From assembly GCA_964016885.1 (NCBI GenBank), contig OZ024744.1, forward strand, positions 19,406,001 to 19,470,000: a stretch of 64,000 nucleotides of DNA. Direction: 5' to 3'. The notes under the pieces were generated by a model. The model saw only the letters and a program-made list of their open reading frames with translations, did not search any database and was not told the origin of the DNA. This DNA is from Eledone cirrhosa. Taxonomy: Eukaryota. Positions 25,509 through 34,917 of this stretch are shown in pieces. How positions within the stretch are numbered: the first letter of the stretch is position 1; every line of letters starts with the position of its first letter. A program made the translations under genes and the position numbers.

Positions 25509-26895
25509 TTAATCATTTGACTTTTATTTAACTTTATTTAACACTACTCCGGAGTAATCAAACCAGCCTGCGCACTTCGTCGAGTGCTCCAGCCTGGATA
25601 CTGAGGTGTTGGTATACAACCAACATAAACTCAAAATCTCTCTCTCTATATATATATATATCATTAATATTAATAAATGCTTCCCTCCCTCACATATCTA
25701 TAGTAAAATATTTAACAAACACACTATAAAATGTTCCTATTCTAAATCCTCCAACATTTCCAACATTATCTCTAAACACAACACTAAAATACTAAATACT
25801 AAATCTCTTCCTTCCAACACTGAATATCATAATAATAGTAATAGCACTCCCGACGTCATTGTAAACCCTAGGCTAATTTCTGCAAACCCAAATACAACGT
25901 CAAATACAACTTCGCTAAATTTTCTTAATCCCATTATAAATCAAGAAACTATTATTCCTATCGCAAATAACTTCTCCAACCCAATTCCGTCTATAGATAA
26001 CACTAGGTCACTCGTTAATAATCTTTCTAATCGCAATTGCAATTGCCCAGTTAAAAATAAATGTCCTCTCAACAACCATTGTCTTGATAAAAACTTAATT
26101 TACGAATGTAAAGTTATAACAGACACCAATTCCTTCACCTATTTTGGCTCCACTTCCACCTCCTTTAAAGCTCGTCTTTATAACCATCATTCGTCTTTTA
26201 AATACAAACTTAAAAGAACCAACACGGCTCTCTCAGAACTCATATGGTCCTTGAAAGACAAAAATATTAAATATAGCATCTTTTGGAAGAAGGTTTCTTC
26301 TGCGTCTCCATACTTGAACAGTTCTCTATCCAAGATTTGCAATCTCTGTCTAAATGAAAACTTTACCATTATATCTAATTTAGATTCTATAATAAATAGA
26401 CGCACTGACTTGTTTTCTATCTGCTTGCATACATTCCACAAAACATTCCACAAAGTATACAGCTAATATCCAAAACTTTATCAATTTAGAATCTTTTTCT
26501 CAAAGGCACATATATATATACACTTCTTTAAAAATATACCCATCTTTCTACCTTATTTCAAAGTTTTTATTATACATTATATAATACTTGTTACTCATTC
26601 TATAATACTTGTTACTCATTCTATATCGCTCCTATTTATCACTTCCCTTTCTTCTCTTTTTCTTTTAATATCTAACCCCTAATCTGTACCTTTTCTCACT
26701 GTTGCCTAACATAGAAACAATTATTACAATACATTCTTACTCACTATCACCTTGTAAAAATCCTTCGTAAACATAAACATTTTTTTGACGTTAGATTATT
26801 CATCCTCAATTCATTATTCTTTTCTCCCTTTCATCTAACTTATTCATGCTCATCTCACAATATATCCTTACTTAAATTACCTGTTGTTCTTTTTA

Positions 26896-27068
26896 ATAAT
26901 ACATATCAACATTTTCTTTCCATCGCACATATTATTAAACCCTTAAATATTATTCTTAATACATATTAACCTTTTCTTTCCATCGCACATATTATTAAAC
27001 CCTTAAATATTATTCTTAATACATATTAAAATTTTCTTTTCATCGCACATATTATTAAACCCTTCAAT
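26896..27068. repeat. 60-bp tandem repeat, about 3 copies
   Basis: catcgcacatattattaaaccctt at 26921, 26981 and 27041. Confidence 0.9.
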
Positions 27069-27441
27069 ATACAAACCTTAACTTTACATTATTTTTCTCT
27101 TCGTTAATTTTCAAATTCTTTTAATTTATACATTATCTTCCAACGGTTTTCAACCTCTCTATGTAAAACAATATATCTTTCTCAGGTATAAAAGCTATCT
27201 CTCTCTCTCTCTCTCTATCACCCATCTCTCCTCCTATCTCATCCTTCCTCATTATACTACTCCCTCTCCACTTTTTACTCTCATCTCCTCCCCCTTTTGT
27301 TCCTTTCCAACCCCCCCCCCCCTCAAAATAAAAAAAACATTTTCCCAATATCACACATCAATCTAAAACTACTTTTCATATGTTGATTTAAAACTGCACT
27401 ATCCACAAGTGTTTTTTAACCTTCATATCATGTCTTCCTGT

Positions 27442-27506
27442 TTTATCTGATGAAAACACAAATATTATTGCATGATGATATTTGTTTTTGAAATGTGCAT
27501 AATAAG
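27442..27506 (+). ncRNA. Hammerhead ribozyme motif in pLTR
   Basis: ttat-CTGATGA-aaacacaaatat..atatttgttttt-GAAA-tgtgca-TA-ataa. Confidence 0.7.
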
Positions 27507-27552
27507 ATACATGGAACTCTTTTAACCATCTTTTGTTCTTATATATTATATA

Positions 27553-27857
27553 TAATAACTAGAAATTGATTAAGATATATAAACATGAATAATCACAGGA
27601 GATAATTTTTACAAGTGTGTAACCACACATAGCTAGGTAGGTAACTAAATAAAGTTGACTAGAACTTCAAAAATAGTTACCTTATAATATGATTAATCAT
27701 ATTATAAGATTAATCATATTATAAGGTATCTATTTTTGAAGTTCTAGTCAACTTTATTTAGTTACCTACCTAGCTATGTGTGGTTACACACTTGTAAACA
27801 TTATCTCCTGTGATTATTCATGTTTATATATATGTTAATCAATTTCAAGTTATTATA
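27553..27857. repeat. Near-perfect palindrome of about 300 bp
   Basis: Arms of about 140 bp mirror around cttataatatgattaatcatattataag, with one extra copy of attaatcatattataag at the centre. Confidence 0.9.
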
Positions 27858-28034
27858 AAATGCTCGGACCTACTCGTTAGAATCTTAGAGCTTATTTTCC
27901 GGGTGATTGGGCGCATGTCTTTCTGGCATGACACCCACCATTTTGATTTAGATTAAATTCATTTAATTTATCTTAATTTCGTATATATATATACATATAT
28001 ATATATACATATATATATATACAATGAAATTAAA

Positions 28035-28200
28035 TACATGGAAACTATATTTATAAAACCATATTTATTCTATTATGTATATTTCAAGTGTACCAAAAAC
28101 TTTGGTACGCTTTCATCAGATGAAATACAAAGAGTGTTTTATAAATTTTGACATAGCCAAGGAAAACATACCTTAACAGTTGAATATTCCCTGGGTAGTG
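28035..28200 (-). mobile_element. pLTR relic related to 18163-18345, with hammerhead motif at 28070-28125
   Basis: Shares atggaaactatatttataaaac...tttcaag...gctttcatcagat with the 18.2 kb arm. The minus strand reads CTGATGA-aagcgtacca..tggtacactt-GAAA. Confidence 0.65.
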
Positions 28201-28580
28201 AGATTATAGAACGGATTTTTCAAACCTATGGATGATTATGCAAATGAATATGTAAATAAGGTTGAGTTATAGATTGAAAAACCGTTATTTAAAAGCTATG
28301 GAAAGTTTTGATATATTAGTAAGCGAGAAAGAGAAAAGAAAAAGGAAAAAAGGAAAAGGAAGAAGAAGGAAAAGAGAAAAAGAGAAGAGACCACTTATAT
28401 ACGATAAATTGGGGGAAATAAATTTTATATATATATTTATATGGAGAATTATGTTTGTAGTGGGTTAAATATATAAATATCTACATATATTTTAATAATA
28501 GCTTATGTATTTTTATTACAAAGATAATTTGCGATTATTAGTTGTTTATAATATGAGTTACGAGGGTGTTGATTTTGTGT

Positions 28581-28671
28581 TTCAACAGATAAAGGGGGAG
28601 GGTGCTAAGCTCTGAGGAATACCAACAGTATGAAACAGAGATATGTCAGCTTATCTCCCTTCCTTTGTTGA
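28581..28671 (+). ncRNA. Canonical extended type I hammerhead ribozyme
   Basis: Stem I TAAGCT/AGCTTA (28606-28611 with 28648-28653); core CTGAGGA; stem II ATAC-caaca-GTAT; GAAA; stem III ACA-gagata-TGT; GTC cleavage triplet (cut after 28647). Stem I extends past a bulge via aaagggggag/ctcccttccttt and ttcaaca/tgttgaa. Confidence 0.85.
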
Positions 28672-28778
28672 AAAAAGAAGTAAGTGACATAGTCACTGCT
28701 TTAAAACAGTAACGTAAGGTCTTCAAAATGTTTTTAATTAAGCATACATAGTATTGCAAAATACACGATATATAAATT

Positions 28779-28831
<53 letters not shown>

Positions 28832-30007
28832 TAGGTATAGGATTATCCAAGATGTAGTAATAGTTAATTACTACACTGGATATGGTTGACGTACGGTAAG
28901 AGGTTACTCTACGAGTTATGGAAGAATTGTTGAAGAAACTTAGTTCCTGATCCTTCAGTATTCCGGAGTGTATATAAAGAATGAATAATAACAGGTAGAC
29001 ATCATAAAAAGGTATTTTATTCCGTGTGCTTAATTTATTCCGTGTGCTTACAAGTGTTTCCACGGTGGTACTGCAGCCTAGTTCCGCTACGTGCAAATTC
29101 ACAAGTACTTGCAGAACTCAAATATCCAATGCTGTGACCACTGTTTCCTCAGAGCAGAATGGTAAAATGTACAATGTAAATACCCTTAAGTGGGGTTGTT
29201 GGGGAAGATAGAGTGGAAAAGGAAGAGAGAAAAGTGGGGAAGAGGGAGAGAGAAAGAAAGATATGCAGGGGTTGGAGAAGTAGGAGAGAGTGGCTTGTAG
29301 ATATCTTAATCAAAATGTTATGGTAGGGGTTTTATTATACTGGTTACTTTTGGAGAGATGCGTTGATAGTTAAGGTCGGAATTATTTATTGCCCCAGAGG
29401 GCAGGTTCATAGATGTTGAGAGGGAGGTAGGCCAAAGGCGAGAGAGAGAGAGTGTAATGGATGTAGAGAGAGATAGGTAGAGAGGGGACAGACGAAGTTT
29501 GTGTGGTGAGTGAACTTTGGGTTTGTAGTAGTAATCTAGGAATTGCACTGAGTTACCATGTATAGTGATAAGCAGTGTATTGTCTTGTAGTGTGGGGGGA
29601 AGAGAAGGTTGTTAGCTAGAAAGCGGTGTTATAGTTACGGGTTCGAATGTTAAGTTATTTTATAGTGAGAGAATTTAGCTTTTAGTTTGTGGTTGCAGTA
29701 TAATGATCGTTCAATTATATCGTTAAGTAGTTTGTTTTTGGATTTTAATATGTAAAAGAGCTCAAGGTTACATAACCTGCAGTACTTCAATCCACTCCGA
29801 TATGCACTTGCGCTGGAAAGTATATCCCATTTTAAGATGAACTGCTGGTTGTGTTCACGGAGTTGCCAGGTCTTGTTGGCGAGCGTGGTCACAAAACGGT
29901 GATTCGGATGTTTGATTGAGAATCGATGACAGTACCAGCGAGATTTAAACGATGTGGTGGTAGATCCGATATAATACCATTTCTGGTCGTTCGATTCAAC
30001 CGTGCAT

Positions 30008-31345
30008 AGCCCACATATTACATAGTAAATTTAGTAATCTACAGGAGGGATATACAGAGATGACGGGCTCTTATTAGTTAATAACTTGAATAACCAAAAT
30101 CTTGAAAGGTTACGAAAAAATATTAGAAAATCTTTTAGTGAACTGGGTCTAAAAATAACATAAGAATACAATCTTAAAGTAGTAAACTTTCTGGACGTAA
30201 CTCTTAATTTAAATACCGGACAGATACGACCCTTCCACAAGGTAAATGAGAACCTTACGTATATTAACTTTAACTCTAACCACCCACTCTCCATGATCAA
30301 ATCAGTTCCCCGGTGTATTTCTCTTAGAATCTCTCGCCTATCGTCTAACTCTGACATTTTTAGTGAACACGCTGAATACTACAATAATGCATTAAGGAAT
30401 GCTGACCACCGGGATACAATAGAATACATTGATAGGAATTTCCATAACACACATAGCTCTACACGAAATCAAGGAATGCGTAACCGGGGGACTAAAATAC
30501 AAGCACACACACACAGTACTACCAGTACTACTAATAATAGAAGATCACCACCAAATAAATCACGTTGTAGAAAGTATATCTGGTACAATCCTATTTTGAA
30601 TGCCTCGATTAGTACAAAACTATCTCTTTCATTCTTTAAGTTAATCAACAAACACTTCCCTAGTTCCCATAAATGCAGCAAAATTCTGAACTCTAAAACT
30701 ATTAGACTATCATACTCCACGGCACCAAACCTTGAAGCATAGATAAAAAAACTTAACTTAAGGCAATTAAACAACTCTACAAAACAAAACATTTTAGTAA
30801 CAGATGGGCAGAACGCAATATCTGCCTCCCAACCACTAAATGGGAGACGGGTATTACACAACCCACCTGTACCGCTATCACAACCTATCCATGGTATACC
30901 CACTACCCACAACAAAGAATGTAACTGCCATCTACCTGAAAGATGTCCATTGAAGAATGAATGCCTAAAGTCCAACATTGTTTACCAATGCACGGTTGAA
31001 TCGAACGACCAGAAATGGTATTATATCGGATCTACCACCACATCGTTTAAATCTCGCTGGTACCGTCATCGATTCTCAATCAAACATCCGAATCACCGTT
31101 TTGTGACCACGCTCGCCAACAAGACCTGGCAACTCCGTGAACACAACCAACAGTTCACCTTAAAATGGGATATACTTTCCAGCGCAAGTGCATATCGGAG
31201 TGGATTGAAGTACTGCAGGTTATGTAACCTTGAGCTCTTTTACATATTAAAATCCAAAAACAAACTACTTAACGATATAATTGAACGATCATTATACTGC
31301 AACCACAAACTAAAAGCTAAATTCTCTCACTATAAAATAACTTAA
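30008..31345 (+). pseudogene. Penelope RT (YRDDGL, NFLDVTL, SNHP) plus GIY-YIG endonuclease, with two in-frame stops
   Basis: A single frame runs from before 30044 to 31345, interrupted by TAA at 30161 and TAG at 30740. It contains CNC..RCPLKNEC, VYQC..YYIGST..FKSRWYRH and CRLCNLE. Confidence 0.9.
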
Positions 31346-31826
31346 CATTCGAACCCGTAACTATAACACCGATTTCTAGCTAACAACCTTCTCTTCCCCC
31401 CACACTACAAGACAATACACTGCTTATCACTATACATGGTAACTCAGTGCAATTCCTAGATTTCTACTACAAACCCAAAGTTCACTCACCACACAAACTT
31501 CGTCTGTCCCCTCTCTCTACATCCATTACACTCTCTCTCTCTCGCCTTTGGCCTACCTCCCTCTCAACATCTATGAACCTGCCCTCTGGGGCAATAAATA
31601 ATTCCGACCTTAACTATCAACGCATCTCTCCAAAAGTAACCAGTATAATAAAACCCCTACCATAACATTTTGATTAAGATATCTACAAGCCACTCTCTCC
31701 TACTTCTCCAACCCCTGCATATCTTTCTTTCTCTCTCCCTCTTCCCCACTTTTCTCTCTTCCTTTTCTACTCTATCTTCCCCAACAACCCCACTTAAGGG
31801 TATTTACATTGTACATTTTACCATTC

Positions 31827-31938
31827 TGCTCTGAGGAAACAGTGGTCACAGCATTGGATATTTGAGTTCTGCAAGTACTTGTGAATTTGCACGTAGCATA
31901 ACTAGGCTGCAGTACCACCGTGGAAACACTTGTAAGCA
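31827..31938 (+). ncRNA. Hammerhead ribozyme with long stem II insertion (mirror copy at about 29045-29156 on minus)
   Basis: tgct-CTGAGGA-aacagtggt...(about 65 nt)...accaccgtg-GAAA-cacttg-TA-agca. Confidence 0.65.
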
Positions 31939-31989
31939 CACGGAATAAAATACCTTTTTAAGATGTCTACCTGTTATTATTCATTCTTT

Positions 31990-32012
31990 ATATGTATATA
32001 TATATATATATA

Positions 32013-32089
<77 letters not shown>

Positions 32090-32155
32090 GTGTGTGTATA
32101 TATATATATATATGAGTGTGTATATATATATATGTGTGTGTGTGTATATAAATGC

Positions 32156-32209
<54 letters not shown>

Positions 32210-32250
32210 ATATATATATATGTTTATATATATATGTGTGTATATATATA
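31990..32250. repeat. Compound (TA)n/(TG)n microsatellite
   Basis: Directly visible. Confidence 0.95.
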
Positions 32251-32965
32251 TCTATATATTAATTTCAACTACGTCAGTATTCCGTGAAGTCATAATTCTC
32301 GATTACATTAGTTCATAGGTTTCAAACGACTCCGCCCACCTCAAAGACGCCAAACTTAAATTAATACGCATAATGCCAATGAGGGAGTGAGAGGGGAGAG
32401 TAAGAAACAGAGAGGCAAAGTGAACGCTGTAACTATTACCATGTGTGCGTGTGTATGTACGTGCGCGTATGTTTATGTGTGCGTGCTTGTGTGCAGCGTT
32501 CCACAGAAAGTAAAAAGCGTGAGTAAGTTTGCGTGCGTGTGCGCATTTCCATGCGTGTATGTGTGTGTACGTGCGGCGTTCCACAATCACCTCGCAGTTT
32601 ATCTGTCTGTGTGTCTGTCTGTCAGTCTAACATACACAGAGTTGTGAAGAGAGTTTAATAGGGACCTTTTTTTACATTGACGGACATCTTTTATGTTTAT
32701 TATTGTCATTATTTGACAATTGCTCGAAATGAATACTGATAATAAAAGCAATTCGACTTTATCAAACAGTGAACTACAGCGGTGACGGCGTTCAGCCATG
32801 AATGAAGAAAAACGGGACAACAGCGCCATCGGAACGCCGAACTTCAGGTGCGACGACGTGCCGTCATGAACGAAGAGGAGATGGCAGAACAACGCCAACG
32901 AAACACTGGAGTCAAGCAACGACGGCGTGCAGCGATTGTTGGAGACGAACTGGCTGAGCATCATT
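32251..32965 (+). mobile_element. Helitron 5' fragment (diverged direct copy of 33339-33915)
   Basis: Starts A|TCtatatattaatttcaa and is collinear with 33339 onward, including M(N/S)TDNK..STLSNSELQR. Confidence 0.7.
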
Positions 32966-32991
32966 TTTTATATTAATTATCTATATCTATA

Positions 32992-33338
32992 TCTACATAT
33001 AATATAAAAGATTGTAACTTCCACCATCCATTTGAGAAACGTGGAACAACCACGTCTATGCAATGATACACGTTTTACCGTCATGCAGAAGATGAAACAT
33101 CCCCTAGAGGTCACTATTCTAGGGGCGAGCACCTAGAATTGTTCATATACTATGCACAAACGGTACAACAAAGAATCTGGTATATCTGGAAGACTTATTT
33201 CACTGTTTTTGGTATCACACAGACACCACGGACTCGCCTCATACTGTAATCAGACAAACATCCAATATAGTCATTTTCTCTTTTACCCGTCTTCTCTTAT
33301 CATCTGTTTACCCGGGCGAAGCTGGGTACGTCAGCTAG
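32992..33338 (+). mobile_element. Short non-autonomous Helitron
   Basis: 5' TCtacatataatataaaa. The 3' end has hairpin acccgggcgaagctgggt followed by acgtcag and CTAG (33335-33338). Confidence 0.65.
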
Positions 33339-34628
33339 TCTATTTATTAATTTCAAGAACATCAGTATTTCGTGTGTCATAATTTTCGATTATCATTGGT
33401 TCATAGATTTCAAACGACTACACCCACCTCATCGACGCCAAACTGAAATTAATACGCATAATGCCAATGAGGGAGTGAGAGGGGAGGGTGTGAACGCTGT
33501 GTTCAATAACTATTAACATGTGTGCGTGTGTATGTACGTGTGCGTATGTTTATGTGTGTGTGCGTGCAGCGTTCCACACAATGTAAAAACTATCAACATG
33601 TGTGAGTGTGTGCGTGTGTAAATTTTGCGTGCGTGTGCGCATTTCCATGCGTGTATGTGTGTGGCTTTCCACAATCGCCACGCAGTTTATCTGTCTGTGT
33701 CCCTGTCTGTCAGTCTAACATACACAGAGTTGTGAAGAGAGTAAATAGTGACCTTTCTTTACATTGCCGGACGTCTTTTATGTTTATTATTGTGTTATTT
33801 TTTGACAATTGCTCAAAATGAGTACTGATAATAAAGGCAATTCGACTTTATCCAACAGTGAACTACAGCGGCGTCGGCGTGCTGCGATGGTTGAAGACGA
33901 ACTGGCTGAGCATCATCAGCAGGTGGCCAGAATTCAGCAGCAACGGGGTGCTGCGATGGATGAAGTGGAGCTGGCTGAACAGCGCTGGCGCAATATAGAA
34001 GTTCATAGAATGTGTCGCCAAAGTGCTCCTCATTCCAGTAAAGAGGCTAGAAGGCGAACAAATGATATTAAAAATGGATCATGGCAACCGTGTCATTTTC
34101 AGATTGGTGGACGAAAAGATGTGGACCACAATGTGCTGTCATAAAGGAGCAGTTCAACTAGAACCATTGCGAATGCCGGATGATGAGGAGTCACCGGAGT
34201 TTAAAATACTAAATATGTTGGGTGATCAAGAAGACCGAGGTAGATTACTGCGCAAATATTCGCGGCAAATTAAAAATTCATTAGCTTTAGCATCGCAGAG
34301 AGTTAGTGATGTGTTTGAGAGTGGAGCATGGCAACCGAATATAGTCATTCAAGGCCGTTTGTATCATTGTATCGGTAATTTAGAAGTTACCCCAGGAGAG
34401 AGGCCTCGATTCGCTCAAATTCACGTTAACGATCCAGATTATAGTGAATCGGAGGAGGATATCAGGATCGGTTGGATGAAGTTGCCGGGAAATATAACTG
34501 AACTTGAACGGCAATATAATGCCCCTGAAGGATTTCGTGAAGTTGCTGAGTTAATGGACGATAAGCCTGGATCAAGAGATATCGTCCTCAATCGCAGAGA
34601 TGGTCATCTCAAGACTATCAATGAGATG
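33339..34628 (+). mobile_element. 5' part of an autonomous-type Helitron with N-terminal RepHel fragments
   Basis: TC start at 33339. Frame 34023-34628 has CCHKGAVQL, IQGRLYHCIGNL, RFAQIHVND, YNAP..EVA and RDIVL.RRDG.L..INE, which are typical upstream-of-Rep Helitron motifs. It is internally deleted and cut off by the satellite. Confidence 0.85.
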
Positions 34629-34633
34629 AGCGT

Positions 34634-34704
34634 TGCCGTACATGGGAGTCGAACCCACATCTTTGGTTATCCAGACCACTGTGCTACCATTACACCAGTA
34701 CATA
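34634..34704 (-). tRNA. tRNA-like gene or pseudogene, anticodon loop CTGGATA (GGA); first of about 101 copies
   Basis: Minus strand: tatgtac TG gtgt aatggta gcac a gtggt ctggata accaa agat gtggg ttcgact cccat gtacggc a. A box TGGTGTAATGG, B box GGTTCGACTCC, paired D, anticodon and T stems. The top two acceptor pairs are mismatched and position 37 is T, so it is non-canonical. Confidence 0.7.
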
Positions 34705-34907
34705 TCCCATCTCCTTCCATTTGAATTAGAAGCTATGAACTTAGCAAGTGAGTGATAAAAAAGCAAATTATAAACGTAAACATGTAAGTATATTTTTGAA
34801 ACGGTGCGCTCGTTTGAAATTAGAAATTAAAAATTATAAGCTCTCACCGAATTTTAGACTAAAGAAATTTATAGCTTGATAGTGGGGTTTATAACCCTCG
34901 GAGAAAT

Positions 34908-34917
34908 GGAAAAAAAT
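34908..34917 (-). terminator. Pol III oligo(T) terminator downstream of the tRNA-like unit (T5 in most units)
   Basis: Plus-strand ggaaaaagatgagtgttgcc reads ...ggca acactcatc TTTTT cc on minus, about 9-10 nt after the discriminator. It is conserved across the array. Confidence 0.65.

Larger units (their letters stand above)
25660..27540 (+). mobile_element. 5'-truncated Penelope-like element (Naiad-type GIY-YIG end) with 3'UTR and hammerhead
   Basis: Frame 25606-26466 has KIFNKHTIKCSYS, CNC..KCPL..C, IYECKV..YFGST..FKARLYNH and CNLCLNE. A pyrimidine-rich UTR follows, then a hammerhead motif at 27442-27506. Confidence 0.8.
28972..31993 (+). mobile_element. Penelope-like element (Naiad-type) with an inverted duplication of about 1 kb of its 3' end
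   Basis: 28972-30006 is the reverse complement of 30989-31993 with few differences. The centre carries the RT C-terminus and GIY-YIG endonuclease. Confidence 0.92.

Noticed and set aside
30008-31345. Selenocysteine recoding as reported for some Naiad-type Penelope elements
   Set aside because: The in-frame stops are TAA and TAG, not TGA, and the conserved Cys codons are TGT/TGC.
34634-34704. Functional tRNA-Ser(GGA)
   Set aside because: No long variable arm, T37, mismatched 1:72 and 2:71 pairs, and A rather than G as discriminator. Reported only as tRNA-like.
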